Source: Oscillospiraceae bacterium
Lineage (GTDB): Bacteria; Bacillota; Clostridia; Oscillospirales; JAAYXM01
DNA length: 64,000 nucleotides
Direction: 5' to 3'
NCBI GenBank assembly: GCA_017421025.1
Contig: JAFQME010000008.1
Coordinates: forward strand, 41,858-105,857
A program made the position numbers and the translations under genes. Below are positions 22,858 to 33,089 of this stretch, one piece after another (the stretch's first letter is position 1; each line of letters starts with the position of its first letter). Under the pieces are notes generated by a model, which was not told the DNA's origin, did no database searches, and saw nothing but the letters and a program-made list of their open reading frames with translations.

Positions 22858-23567
22858 TTATTTTCCCGGCAATTGATTTGTATGAAGGCAAAGCGGTCCG
22901 CCTCTTAAAAGGGGACTATGCCAAGATGACCGTGTATAGCGACACCCCTGCCGACGTGGCACGGGAGTTCCAGGCGGCAGGCGCAACCCATATCCACCTG
23001 GTGGATCTGGAAGGCGCAAAAGACGGCACCACCCCGAATCTGGACACGGTGCGCTCCATCGTGGAGAGTACCGACCTGTTTTCCGAAATCGGCGGCGGCA
23101 TCCGCAGCATGGAAACCATAGAAGCATATCTCGCAGTCGGGGTAAATCGTGTCATCCTCGGCACCGCTGCGGTGACAAACCCCGAGTTTTTGGCAGAAGC
23201 GGTCGCCCGTTTTGGCGAGAAAATTGCGGTCGGGGTGGACATCAAAGGGGACAAGGTCGCCATCAAAGGCTGGACCGAAACGTCTGATCTGACCTGCTTT
23301 GAATTCTGCGAAAATATGCAGAAACTCGGGGTCAAAACCCTGATTTGCACCGATATCTCCAAAGACGGTGCCATGCAAGGCACCAACCACGCACTCTACC
23401 GTGAACTTTCCGAGCGGTTTTCCGTGCAGATCGTGGCATCGGGCGGCGTGTCCTCACTTGAGGACGTGGAGCGCCTTGCCGCACGTGGTCTGTATGGCGC
23501 CATCATCGGCAAAGCCTATTACACCGGGGCAATCTCGCTCTCTGATGCAATTGAGGTGGCAAAATGA
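22854..23567 (+). CDS. hisA: ProFAR isomerase
   Basis: FPAIDL, HLVDLEGA, GGGIR and TDISKDG. Confidence 0.96.
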   Translation: MIIFPAIDLYEGKAVRLLKGDYAKMTVYSDTPADVAREFQAAGATHIHLVDLEGAKDGTTPNLDTVRSIVESTDLFSEIGGGIRSMETIEAYLAVGVNRVILGTAAVTNPEFLAEAVARFGEKIAVGVDIKGDKVAIKGWTETSDLTCFEFCENMQKLGVKTLICTDISKDGAMQGTNHALYRELSERFSVQIVASGGVSSLEDVERLAARGLYGAIIGKAYYTGAISLSDAIEVAK

Positions 23568-24322
23568 TTACAAAACGCATCATCCCGTGCCTGGATGTAA
23601 AAAACGGGCGTGTGGTTAAGGGTGTCAACTTCGAGGGGCTGAGCGACGTTTCCTCCCCGGTTGCACTCGCAAAGTATTACAGCGACTGCGGCGCAGACGA
23701 ACTGGTCTTTTACGACATCACCGCCTCTGCCGAGGGTCGTGCCCTTTTTACCGACATTCTCTGCGAAGTGGCAAAGACCATCTTCATTCCGCTCACAGTG
23801 GGCGGCGGCATCAACACGGTGGAGGATTTCAGCCGTGTGCTTGCCTGCGGTGCGGACAAAGTCAGCGTGAATTCGGGCGCCATCAAAAACCCCGACCTGA
23901 TTGCACAGGCGGCAAACCGCTTCGGGGACCAGTGCGTGGTCATCTCGGCGGATGTCAAGCGTGTAGACGGTCAGTTCCGTGTCTTTGCCAAAGGCGGACG
24001 GGAGGACACCGGCATGGAAGCCATTTCCTGGATTCGTCGCTGTGTGGAAAACGGTGCAGGCGAAGTGGTGCTCAACTCGATTGATACCGACGGGGTCAAA
24101 GGCGGCTTTGACCTGGAAATGCTGGACGCAGTTTGCAATGCGGTATCCGTCCCGGTCATCGCATCGGGCGGCGCCGGGAAGATTGAGGACTTTGTCACGC
24201 TGTTTCAAACCCTGCCCAAAGTAGACGCAGGGCTTGCCGCTTCCATCTTCCATTTCCGTGAAGTTGCGATCCCCGAACTCAAAGAAACACTTGCGGCGCA
24301 CGGCATCCCCATGCGCAGATAG
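23564..24322 (+). CDS. hisF: Imidazole glycerol phosphate synthase cyclase subunit
   Basis: KRIIPCLDV, GADELVFYDI and LAASIFH. Confidence 0.96.
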   Translation: MITKRIIPCLDVKNGRVVKGVNFEGLSDVSSPVALAKYYSDCGADELVFYDITASAEGRALFTDILCEVAKTIFIPLTVGGGINTVEDFSRVLACGADKVSVNSGAIKNPDLIAQAANRFGDQCVVISADVKRVDGQFRVFAKGGREDTGMEAISWIRRCVENGAGEVVLNSIDTDGVKGGFDLEMLDAVCNAVSVPVIASGGAGKIEDFVTLFQTLPKVDAGLAASIFHFREVAIPELKETLAAHGIPMRR

Positions 24323-24331
24323 GAGAAAATT

Positions 24332-24982
24332 ATGCTGAATATTTCCGAACTCAAATTTGACGAAAAAGGCCTCATCCCCGCCATCGTGGTGGATGCGGTC
24401 TCCAAAAAAGTTTTGACCCTGGCGTATATGAACGAAGAAAGCCTCCGCCGCTCCATGGAAACCGGGAAAACCTGTTTCTGGAGCAGATCCCGCCAGGAAT
24501 TCTGGGTCAAAGGGGAAACGAGCGGCAACTACCAGCACATCGTTTCCATCACCGCAGATTGCGACAACGATGCGCTCGTCGTCGTGGTGGAAAAAGACGG
24601 ACCCGCCTGCCATACCGGAAGTGACTCCTGCTTCTTCCATCCGGTTTACCAAAGCGAGGACCGTCACGAATTCTCGCTTGAGAGCTTAATGACCATGCTG
24701 GAAGGCCGCAAAACCGAGAAAAAAGAAGGTTCCTATACCACCTACCTCTTTGAAAAAGGCATTGATAAAATCCTCAAAAAAGTGGGTGAGGAGTGCACCG
24801 AAGTCATCATCGCAGGCAAAGCGGATGACAAGGCGGAAACCATCTATGAAATTGCGGACCTGGCGTACCATGTCATGGTGCTCATGCTTCAGATGGGCAT
24901 CTCGCTTGAGGAGATTCACAAAGAACTTGCTTCCCGCCATGTGATCGATCACAAGGTCAAGCAGGAAAAAATGACCAAATAA
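24332..24982 (+). CDS. hisIE: Bifunctional PR-AMP cyclohydrolase / PR-ATP pyrophosphatase
   Basis: SRSRQ, KGETSG, DCDND, ACHTG, KKVGEE and EIADL. Confidence 0.95.
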   Translation: MLNISELKFDEKGLIPAIVVDAVSKKVLTLAYMNEESLRRSMETGKTCFWSRSRQEFWVKGETSGNYQHIVSITADCDNDALVVVVEKDGPACHTGSDSCFFHPVYQSEDRHEFSLESLMTMLEGRKTEKKEGSYTTYLFEKGIDKILKKVGEECTEVIIAGKADDKAETIYEIADLAYHVMVLMLQMGISLEEIHKELASRHVIDHKVKQEKMTK

Positions 24983-24983
24983 A

Positions 24984-26288
24984 ATGGAGACGAAACGAAC
25001 GGTCGGGCTGTGGCAAGGCCTTGCCATTGTGGTAGGCATGATTATCGGCTCGGGCATCTTCTTAAAACCCGGCATCGTGCTGAGCGATGCGGGCAGTCCG
25101 CTCTATGCACTCGGCGCATGGGTGTTGGGCGGGATCGTCACCCTTGCAAGTGCGCTCTCGGTTGCCGAGATTGCGGCAAACCTGCCCAGAGCAGGCGGGC
25201 TGTATACCTATCTCGAAGAACTCTACGGCGAGAAGTGCGGCTTTTTGCTGGGCTGGGTGCAGTCGGTCATTTCCTATCCCGCATCGGTTGCGGCGCAGGC
25301 GATTGCGTTCTCGGTCTACGCCTCGTGGTTTCTCCCGATGGGCAAAGCGGAACAAACCCTGCTCGCCATCGGTGTGCTGGCACTGCTGCTGGTTCTCAAT
25401 ATCCTCTCCACCCGAATGGGCGGCATCATCCAAGTCCTCGCCACGGTGGGAAAACTCATTCCAATCGCCGTGATTTTGGCGCTGGGCTTTACCCGTGCGT
25501 CCATGCCGGGTGCGGCAGGACTCCAAACCGGGCTTTTGGGAAGCGCCGGCACCGCTGTTTTGGGCACCCTCTGGGCGTATGACGGCTGGATCGGGGTGAC
25601 CAATATGGCAGGGGAGATGCAAAACCCCAAGAAAAACCTGCCCCGAGTCATCTGCATCGGGATTCTGTTCGTGATTGCGGTCTATGCCGCATTCAACCTG
25701 GTGATTTTCCGCCTGCTTCCGCAGGAGGTAATTGCCGCCTCGCAAACCCCGGGTGCGGATGCCGCAGTCGCTCTGCTCGGGCCAAACGGCGCCGCATTCC
25801 TGACCGCCGGGATCATGGTCTCGGTCTTTGGTGCGCTCAACGGTTATCTCATGACCGCTGCACGTGTGCCGCAAGCCATGGCAAGCCAAGGGAAACTCCC
25901 GTTTTCCAAACTCCTTGCCTCGCTCCATCCCAAATTCGAAACTCCCACCGCCGCACTCGTGATGCAAGCGCTCCTTGCGGTGGTGTATCTCCTGACCGGC
26001 ACCTTCAACACACTGACCGACCTGCTGGTCTTTGTGCTTTGGATCTTTTTCACCCTGGGTGTCCTGGGTGTGTTCCGTCTGCGGAAACGAGGACTCTCCT
26101 CCAAAGACAGCTACCGTGTGCCGCTCTATCCTGTGGTACCGCTCATCGGTGCGGCAGGCGGCATCTTCATCCTGGTCAGCACCGTGCTGGAAAGCCCGCT
26201 CCGTTCTCTGATCGGCATCGGGCTGACCCTGGTCGGACTCCCCGTGTATGCATTCCTTGAGCGCAGAAAGCGAGGCAGTCATGATTGA
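24984..26288 (+). CDS. APC/LAT-family amino acid permease
   Basis: GMIIGSGIF, AGGLY, LWAYDGW and GEMQNP; 12 TMs; directly after hisIE. Confidence 0.9.
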   Translation: METKRTVGLWQGLAIVVGMIIGSGIFLKPGIVLSDAGSPLYALGAWVLGGIVTLASALSVAEIAANLPRAGGLYTYLEELYGEKCGFLLGWVQSVISYPASVAAQAIAFSVYASWFLPMGKAEQTLLAIGVLALLLVLNILSTRMGGIIQVLATVGKLIPIAVILALGFTRASMPGAAGLQTGLLGSAGTAVLGTLWAYDGWIGVTNMAGEMQNPKKNLPRVICIGILFVIAVYAAFNLVIFRLLPQEVIAASQTPGADAAVALLGPNGAAFLTAGIMVSVFGALNGYLMTAARVPQAMASQGKLPFSKLLASLHPKFETPTAALVMQALLAVVYLLTGTFNTLTDLLVFVLWIFFTLGVLGVFRLRKRGLSSKDSYRVPLYPVVPLIGAAGGIFILVSTVLESPLRSLIGIGLTLVGLPVYAFLERRKRGSHD

Positions 26289-27216
26289 TTTTGCGTCGGT
26301 ATTTTCCAGCGTGCTGCTGTTTGTTGCACTGCTGATTCCCGGCTGGGTGCTGGGGCGCAACGCCCGCATCAGTGATGAAGCCATCCGTGGCATCACCGCC
26401 ATCGTCTCGGATGTGGCGATGCCGTTTCTGGTCTTTGTCAAGCTGGCGCAGACCGACTTTTTCGCCATCTCGGTCACTGACATTGTGTGCGGGCTCTTGT
26501 TTCCGACCATCCTGCTCCTCGGGCAGTATGCGCTCTCCGGAGTCTTTTATCCGAAAGACGATGTGTCGGGGAGAGGTGCCTCCACCTTCACCAACTGCGG
26601 ATTCCTCAGCCTCCCGCTGGCCGCAGTCCTGTTTCCCGATGCCCCTGCAGTGGTGGGCATCACCTCACTGTTTAATCTGGTACACACCTTCCTCATCCTC
26701 ACCCTCGGGGTCGCCCTGTTTTCCGGTGACCGCCGCCATGTGAGTGTTCGGGGAATTCTCTTAAAACCCGTCACCTTTGCCATCGTGCTCGGCTTTGCCT
26801 GCTCGTTTTTGCAGGTGCGGGACTTCTTTCCCCAAGCGGTGGAGTATGCCGACCTGCTCGCATCCCTGTGCACGCCGCTCTCCATGCTCGTCTTGGGGGT
26901 GGAACTCTCCAAGTTCCCGCTTTCCAAAGTATTTTCTCCCCGCATTATCGCAAAACCCGTGCTGTTCAAGCTCATTTTGGCGCCGTTTTTTGCAATCCTG
27001 CTCTGCTTCGTTGCAAAGACCGTGCTTCCCATCTCCGAGGAGCTCTCGGTTGCGATGTTCCTGTCGGCAGGTGCCTCTGCCGCTTCCATGACCGTCGCCT
27101 TCGCCCGCACATATGACCGTGACGCCGAGCGCTCCGCCATCCTTGCGCTGTCGTCCACCGTGCTGTGTGTACTCACTCTGCCGCTCATGAGCGTGATATT
27201 TACGCTTTTCCATTGA
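26281..27216 (+). CDS. AEC-family transporter
   Basis: About 10 TMs; FTNCGFLSLPL and TPLSMLVLG. Confidence 0.8.
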   Translation: MIDFASVFSSVLLFVALLIPGWVLGRNARISDEAIRGITAIVSDVAMPFLVFVKLAQTDFFAISVTDIVCGLLFPTILLLGQYALSGVFYPKDDVSGRGASTFTNCGFLSLPLAAVLFPDAPAVVGITSLFNLVHTFLILTLGVALFSGDRRHVSVRGILLKPVTFAIVLGFACSFLQVRDFFPQAVEYADLLASLCTPLSMLVLGVELSKFPLSKVFSPRIIAKPVLFKLILAPFFAILLCFVAKTVLPISEELSVAMFLSAGASAASMTVAFARTYDRDAERSAILALSSTVLCVLTLPLMSVIFTLFH

Positions 27217-27269
27217 CGCAGAAGAAAAATAGCGGTACAATGAAGAAAAAACTTGTAGGAGGGTTTTTT

Positions 27270-28034
27270 ATGAATCGTTTGGAAGGTAAAGTCGCCATTA
27301 TCACAGGCGGAAACTCGGGTGTCGGTGCTGCCACCGCTCTGAAGTTTGCCGCTGAGGGCGCAAAAGTCGTCATCACCGCTCGCCGTGAAGCCCCGCTTTT
27401 GGAGGTTGCGGAACAAATCCGTGCCGCAGGTGGGGAAGTGCTTCCCATCCCGAGTGACATCTCCAAAGCCGAGGACGCAAAGCGTGTGGTGGAAACCGTT
27501 CTTTCGACCTACGGCAAAATCGATGTCCTCATCAACAACGCAGGCGTGCTGGACGAAGGCCTCAAAGCCATCGACAGCTTCACCGATGAGGATATGGACC
27601 GAGTCATCGACATCAACACCAAAGGCACCATGACCATGATGCGTTACGTCACCGCCGAGATGGCAAAAACCGGCTACGGCTCCATCGTCAACGTGGCGTC
27701 GGTAGCAGGTGTGATGGGTTGCGGCGGTGCTGCTTATGTTGCATCCAAGGCGGCTGTCATCGGCCTCACCCGCCATACCGCACTCCGCTTTGCAGGCACC
27801 AACGTGCGCTGTAATGCAATCTGCCCGGGCACCATCGTCACCCCGATGGTCGCAGGCATGAACCCCCAGAATATGGACATGAACATCTTCGGGCAAATGA
27901 TGAAGCACAACGACCTCAAGGTCCAGCCCTGTATGCCTGAGGACGTCGCCAATATGCTGGTATTCTTCGCCTCCGATGAGTCCCGTGCCATCACCGGTCA
28001 GTCCATCGTGACCGACTTCGGCTCCACTCTCTAA
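27270..28034 (+). CDS. Short-chain dehydrogenase/reductase
   Basis: TGGNSGVG, NNAG, YVASK and NAICPG. Confidence 0.93.
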   Translation: MNRLEGKVAIITGGNSGVGAATALKFAAEGAKVVITARREAPLLEVAEQIRAAGGEVLPIPSDISKAEDAKRVVETVLSTYGKIDVLINNAGVLDEGLKAIDSFTDEDMDRVIDINTKGTMTMMRYVTAEMAKTGYGSIVNVASVAGVMGCGGAAYVASKAAVIGLTRHTALRFAGTNVRCNAICPGTIVTPMVAGMNPQNMDMNIFGQMMKHNDLKVQPCMPEDVANMLVFFASDESRAITGQSIVTDFGSTL

Positions 28035-28040
28035 GCACCC

Positions 28041-28069
28041 AAAGACCGCATTTTGCGGTCTTTTCTTTT
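28041..28069 (+). terminator. Intrinsic terminator
   Basis: AAAGACCGCA-TTT-TGCGGTCTTT plus T run. Confidence 0.8.
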
Positions 28070-28188
28070 CCTTACCACACCAAACCTTTGTTCGTATTAT
28101 ACCATACCACCCCGCAGTTCCGCAAGTGTCTGAAAAAAACAGCAAAAACCTTGAAAACATAAGGCTTTTTCAGGACACAAGGTGAACG

Positions 28189-28334
28189 TTCTTTCCTCCA
28201 TACCTACTTCTACATCAACATCAAATCTCTTCAACATCACATCAAATCTCTTCTCATCAACATCAACATCTCTTCTCTTCAACATCTCATCTCATCCCCC
28301 CTATAATCCCCCCTTCTCTTCTCTTTTCTTTTTT
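28189..28334. repeat. 146-nt G-free low-complexity tract (CATCAA / CTCTT units)
   Basis: No G on the + strand from 28189 to 28334; ACATCAAATCTCTTC occurs twice; ends CCCCCCTATAATCCCCCC-TTCTCTTCTCTTTT. Confidence 0.85.
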
Positions 28335-28371
28335 GGTAAGATGTGTTATAATGGAGATGAGGTGAAACACG

Positions 28372-29016
28372 TTGGAATATGTGATGATGATTTTGACCGG
28401 CTTGGTCTCGTTTCTTTCTCCCTGTATGCTCCCCATCCTGCCTGCATATGTTTCGTATTTCTCGGGCGATGGGGCCGGTAAGTCCAAAACCTTTCTCAAA
28501 GTCATGTGTTTTGTGCTGGGGTTTACCGTAGTATTCTCTCTCCTGGGTTTGTTTGCCGGGAGTGTTGGCGCTCTGCTCAACCGATTCCATACCATGATCG
28601 ATTTGGTCTCCGGGCTTGTCGTCATCCTGTTGGGTCTGGAATTCCTGGGGGTCATCAAACTCCCGTTTCTGAGGGATTTCCACCCCTCACACCATGCGAA
28701 AGGGCATCTCTCCGCCGTGGTGTTCGGCGTGGTGTTTGCAGTGAGTCACGCACCCTGTATGAGCGCATTTTTGGGTACCGCCTTGGTCACCGCCTCCACC
28801 TTCGCATCGGTGGGGAAAGGGGTCTTGCTTTTGCTGTGCTATTCGCTCGGGCTTGCCATTCCGTTTCTGCTTTCCGCACTCGTGATTGACCGCCTCACAG
28901 GGACCTTTGATTTTGTAACAAGACACTTCCTGTCCATTTCTCGCATCTGCGGCGGGTTGCTCATCCTCTTCGGAATCCTGATGTCGTCCGGGCTGCTGCA
29001 CCACCTCACCCATTGA
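28372..29016 (+). CDS. ccdA: CcdA/DsbD-type disulfide reductant transporter
   Basis: SFLSPCMLPILP and APCM Cys pair; 6 TMs; TTG start. Confidence 0.85.
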   Translation: MEYVMMILTGLVSFLSPCMLPILPAYVSYFSGDGAGKSKTFLKVMCFVLGFTVVFSLLGLFAGSVGALLNRFHTMIDLVSGLVVILLGLEFLGVIKLPFLRDFHPSHHAKGHLSAVVFGVVFAVSHAPCMSAFLGTALVTASTFASVGKGVLLLLCYSLGLAIPFLLSALVIDRLTGTFDFVTRHFLSISRICGGLLILFGILMSSGLLHHLTH

Positions 29017-29024
29017 TCGAACAC

Positions 29025-29064
29025 AAAAGGGTCACACTTCTTGTCGAAGTGTGACCCTTTTTTT
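29025..29064. terminator. Bidirectional terminator
   Basis: AAAAGGGTCACACTTC...GAAGTGTGACCCTTTT between convergent genes. Confidence 0.88.
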
Positions 29065-29072
29065 GATTTCAT

Positions 29073-29570
29073 TTATGCCCACGGATCATCCGCAACCGGA
29101 AGACGGATATCGGATAAGCATTGGATTTCGTTTAAGAACCACTCGCCGGTAGACGGCTTTTTGCGGAGTTTGATGGAGCGGGGACTGTCTGCACCGCCGC
29201 TTTGCACCCAAAGCGTTGCCCAATTCTCGTGATCAAAGGAATAGGGATTCTCATACACCGTTATGGAATAAGGAACGCTCGGGGTGTATCCGTTTTCCGG
29301 GGTGGCGCCTGCAAAAAAGGAATACACCTTGTAGCCTTTTCCTGACAGCCGCTCGGTTAAAAACTGTTTTTCAAACACACTCACTGACTCGGGGCCCTTG
29401 AGGAAATCCAGCATCGCAAAACTCTCGTCCTTGTGTTGCTCAAAACCGCAAAGCGCCAAAAGCGCCAGTGCTGCGGTCTGAAACGGGGTAGAGAGGGATG
29501 CCTCGGGCAGTGCCTTTAACGCATCCACCGAGTGCGGAAGAGAAGAAAACGAAAAGGAAACTCCGTTCAT
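29073..29570 (-). CDS. Conserved hypothetical protein (DUF6935-like), last gene of the SPFH/TPM operon
   Basis: SFFAGATPENGYTP, SGGADSPR and GEWFL; RBS GGAGG. Confidence 0.65.
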   Translation of the reverse strand: MNGVSFSFSSLPHSVDALKALPEASLSTPFQTAALALLALCGFEQHKDESFAMLDFLKGPESVSVFEKQFLTERLSGKGYKVYSFFAGATPENGYTPSVPYSITVYENPYSFDHENWATLWVQSGGADSPRSIKLRKKPSTGEWFLNEIQCLSDIRLPVADDPWA

Positions 29571-29585
29571 GCTGTGTCCTCCTTG

Positions 29586-31745
29586 CTAGTTGATGAAGCG
29601 ATAGAGGAAGGTCACCACCTGTCCTCTTGTGCAAGTAGCATCGGGGGAGAAGGTGGTGGCACTCGTTCCCGAGGTAATGCCTTGCTCCACCGCCCAAAGC
29701 ACTGCGTCAGCGTAATACGCACCTGCGTCTACATCGGTAAACGGGTTGTTGACTTCCACTTTCGGCTGTCCTGCGGTACGCCATAAGAAGGTCACTACCT
29801 GTCCTCTTGTGCAAGCCAGATTCGGGGAGAACATGGTCGCACTCGTACCGCCCGTGATCTTACTGCCGTATGCCCAAAGGACCGGCTTGCAGTAGTACAT
29901 ACTCTGCGCCACATCGACAAACGGATTGGTGATCGCAGCAGGCTCGGGAGAACCCACCATGCGCCACAAGAAGGTTACCACCTGCCCACGGTTGCAGTTT
30001 TGATTCGGGGAGAAGGTGGTGGCACTCGTTCCCGAGGTGATGCCTTGCTCCACCGCCCAAAGCACGGGACGGTAGTAGTACGCACTTGCGTCCACATCGG
30101 TAAAGGCAACCGTTTGCTCGGGCTGTGTGGGCGTCTCCGGCACTTGCTCGGGCTGTGTGGGCGTTTCCGGCACTTGCTCGGGCTCGGTTTTTGCTTCCTC
30201 GGTTTTTTCAAAGGTGTAGCCAACAAAGAGACTCTCCTCATCCCCTGAAATGACGGAGGTGTTTTGGTTGATTGCGCCCGATACAAGCAGGTCGCCCGAG
30301 GAATCGGTGTCAAACCAATACCCATCAATGGGCTTTACCCGAATCGCAACGTAGTAATATTCGCCTGCTTGGAAGGTGTCGGTCGGTGCCATTTTCCGAG
30401 CATCGCCCACCCCTTCATACCAGGTGATGCCGTTTTTGGTGGAGTTTGGGTCGGGCGTGTCGATGTAATACAAGCCGTCCTCACGCTGATTTTCTGCGGT
30501 AAAGGACGGGGTTTCGCCCACAACCGGTTCTTTGATTTTGTATGAAACAACGCCTTTGATTCGCTCTTTTTCGGCGCCCAGGTTACCGTAATCCATGCGT
30601 GCGGAAAGGTTTCCCATGCCGTCATCGGATACCTGTCCCACAACGACACCGTTGAAGGTGACCACAACGTCGAAGGCTCCGGTACTTTTGCGGGCAAATT
30701 CATAGCCCTCTTTCGGCTTTAAGACCACTTCGAACATGTACTGCTTGTTCGAAGCAAAAACACCGGTGAAACGGTTGTTGTAGTCGTTGTTTTCATACCA
30801 CGAAGCCTGGATTCCCTCCACGCCCTCGCTGTACTTGAGGTATTGCTCCCGTGCGATGGACTGTCTGCCGATTTTCGGCGGAATCACGTCCGAGATGGAG
30901 ATTCTGGTGATTTTCTTTCCCACCGTCACGGCAGGGAAGGTGTAAGACACAACCACTCTCGCCCATCTCTGGTACTCAAAGTCCTTGCTGAGTTTGGCTT
31001 CCATACCGTTTAATGTGCCTTCCATCCGGTAGTCAGTGGCGGTGGAAGCAAAGGCATATCCGTCTTTCGCATCCAACCGAACGATTACGGTATAGACATG
31101 CCCCTCTTGGAAAGTCGCATTCATCGGCAAAAACTTCTTGTCGGTTTCGTCGTACCACTCAGCCAGACCGTTCACCGTGTACGGCTCATCGTCACCGACC
31201 ACTGCGCTGGAGTCCCATGTCTGCCCGGCAATCGGCGGTACAAGGTTGTAGACTGCCACCGTGTCAATGGGCGTTTGTGTGGAAGATTCCTGGTATTTGG
31301 GGAAGAAATAATTCTTTCGCACGGCAATCACGGTACGACCGCCCTTTACTGCGTCCTGCGGAGGAGCGATTGCCTCAACCGGGCTGCCGTTTAAGAACAC
31401 GTCCGCAAGCACGGTGGTCCGGTCAGAGGCGTACTTGAAGATGTTCTCGTCGATGGTTTTCAGCGCAATTCCCAGCACATATTCATGCCCTTCCTGAAAC
31501 ATATCGGAAGACTTGAGTTCTCTCTCTTGTGTCAGGTCGAACCAAACGATACCGCCCGGGACGTCGAGGGAATCGGAGTTGATCCGATAGCCATCACCGA
31601 CTGTGGCGGCAAACGAGGGATGTTCCCCCACTTTCGGGGCAGTAATCGTAATCTCCACTCGATCGAGTTCCACCGCAAATGCGATGGTGGGAAGAAGCCC
31701 CACCACAAGGGTGAGGCATAAAAGAATACTAAGTAGCTTTTTCAT
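29586..31745 (-). CDS. S-layer homology (3 x SLH) surface protein with four tandem Ig-like repeats
   Basis: Signal peptide; four ~125-aa repeats (P..G...W...F..G..Y...GY.F); PETPTQPEQ linker; FTDV..AYY..V.WA...IT.G...FSP...TRGQ. Confidence 0.88.
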   Translation of the reverse strand: MKKLLSILLCLTLVVGLLPTIAFAVELDRVEITITAPKVGEHPSFAATVGDGYRINSDSLDVPGGIVWFDLTQERELKSSDMFQEGHEYVLGIALKTIDENIFKYASDRTTVLADVFLNGSPVEAIAPPQDAVKGGRTVIAVRKNYFFPKYQESSTQTPIDTVAVYNLVPPIAGQTWDSSAVVGDDEPYTVNGLAEWYDETDKKFLPMNATFQEGHVYTVIVRLDAKDGYAFASTATDYRMEGTLNGMEAKLSKDFEYQRWARVVVSYTFPAVTVGKKITRISISDVIPPKIGRQSIAREQYLKYSEGVEGIQASWYENNDYNNRFTGVFASNKQYMFEVVLKPKEGYEFARKSTGAFDVVVTFNGVVVGQVSDDGMGNLSARMDYGNLGAEKERIKGVVSYKIKEPVVGETPSFTAENQREDGLYYIDTPDPNSTKNGITWYEGVGDARKMAPTDTFQAGEYYYVAIRVKPIDGYWFDTDSSGDLLVSGAINQNTSVISGDEESLFVGYTFEKTEEAKTEPEQVPETPTQPEQVPETPTQPEQTVAFTDVDASAYYYRPVLWAVEQGITSGTSATTFSPNQNCNRGQVVTFLWRMVGSPEPAAITNPFVDVAQSMYYCKPVLWAYGSKITGGTSATMFSPNLACTRGQVVTFLWRTAGQPKVEVNNPFTDVDAGAYYADAVLWAVEQGITSGTSATTFSPDATCTRGQVVTFLYRFIN
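30116..30184 (-). repeat. 30-bp coding tandem repeat (about 2.3 copies; EQVPETPTQP linker)
   Basis: GCTCGGGCTGTGTGGGCGTYTCCGGCACTT repeated on the + strand. Confidence 0.85.
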
Positions 31746-31757
31746 CAGATCCACTCC

Positions 31758-33089
31758 TTATTTTGCGTCGCTTTCGTCAAATACGTCGCCGCATTCCGGG
31801 CAGAATTTCGGGGGATTGTGCGGGTCTTCCGGGGTCCAGCCGCACTTGTCGCACTGATAGAGCGGTGCGCCTGCGGGCTTGGGTTTGCCACAGTTCTGGC
31901 AGAACTTGCCCTGGTTTACATTGCCGCACTCACAAGTCCAGCCTGCCGCCGCTGTCGGCTGCGGTTTTCCGCAGTTCTGGCAGAACTTGCCGGTGTTCTG
32001 TGTTCCACATTCGCAGGTCCAGCCGCCTTGTGCCGGAGCAGCACCGCCAACCGGCTGGCTCACCATGGTGTCCTGCGTGGTGTCGGCACCCTGCATAAAG
32101 CCTGACATACCACCCATCATATTACCTGCCATGCCCATGCCCATGAATCCTGCCATAGCACCGTTAGGATTAGCGGCAGCAGTTCCCATAGCCTGAGCGG
32201 TTGCACCCGCCATATGACCACGAAGCATATTTGCATCACGACCCATCGCAGTGGAGCGCTGGTACTCGGTGATTCTTGCTTCGTCCTCTTCGGTTGCGTT
32301 GACTGCAGATACGCCGAATTCCACGATTTCAACACCGCGGCGATCCCGCCATTTGGAGGAGAGGAGTGTGTTGAGTTCATCTGCAAGCTGCATGGTGTAA
32401 GCCGGGATCGCTGCATAGTAGATGTTATTTTGAGAAATCTTGAACATCGCAGGCTGAAGTGCGGTGAGAAGTTCGCTTTTTAACTGCCCGTCAATCTCGT
32501 CACGGGTGAACGCATATTCCACGTTTGCACACACGTTGGTGTAAAAGAGCATCGGGTTGGTGATGCGGTAGGAATACTCGCCGTGGCAGCGAATTTTGAT
32601 ATCGAGCGGGAAGCCGATTGCAGTATCCATGATACGGAAGGGGATGGGGGAGGGAGTGCCGTACTTGTTGCCCATGATTTCCTTGGTGTTGAAGAAATAC
32701 ACTCTCTGATCCTTTGCCGGCTCGCCGCCAAAGGTGAAACGCTTGCCGATTTCAGAAAAGCTCTTCTTGATGTTCTCGCCGAGGTTTCCGTAGAACAAAC
32801 TCGGCTCGGTGCCTGTGTCATATACAAATTCGCCCGGGTCTGCGCAGATGTCAACCACCTTGCCGGATTCCACAATCATCATGCACTGACCTTCGTTGAC
32901 ATTGATGATCGAGCCGTTGGAAATGATGTTGTCGGTTCCTTTCTTGTTGGAGGAACGCCCGCCGGTCCGCTTTTCGCCCTTTTGGACAAGGACGTCTGCA
33001 TCTAAGCTGTCGCAATAGAAATAATCTCTCCAAGAATCCGCCAAAACGCCACCCATTGCGCCAATGCCTGCTTTTAAGAGTCCCATCAT
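31758..33089 (-). CDS. SPFH/band-7 protein with C-terminal zinc ribbons (YdjI-like)
   Basis: IISNGSIINVNEGQ, GNKYGTPSP, AMAGFMGMGM, and three WxC.CG...KFC..CG ribbons. Confidence 0.88.
   Translation of the reverse strand: MMGLLKAGIGAMGGVLADSWRDYFYCDSLDADVLVQKGEKRTGGRSSNKKGTDNIISNGSIINVNEGQCMMIVESGKVVDICADPGEFVYDTGTEPSLFYGNLGENIKKSFSEIGKRFTFGGEPAKDQRVYFFNTKEIMGNKYGTPSPIPFRIMDTAIGFPLDIKIRCHGEYSYRITNPMLFYTNVCANVEYAFTRDEIDGQLKSELLTALQPAMFKISQNNIYYAAIPAYTMQLADELNTLLSSKWRDRRGVEIVEFGVSAVNATEEDEARITEYQRSTAMGRDANMLRGHMAGATAQAMGTAAANPNGAMAGFMGMGMAGNMMGGMSGFMQGADTTQDTMVSQPVGGAAPAQGGWTCECGTQNTGKFCQNCGKPQPTAAAGWTCECGNVNQGKFCQNCGKPKPAGAPLYQCDKCGWTPEDPHNPPKFCPECGDVFDESDAK

Noticed and set aside
28097-28481. 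ORFs on both strands over the G-free tract
   Set aside because: Low-complexity translations that stay open because of composition; no RBS support.
29600-30105. DNA-level similarity between SLH domains 1 and 3
   Set aside because: Ordinary intragenic SLH repeat similarity.
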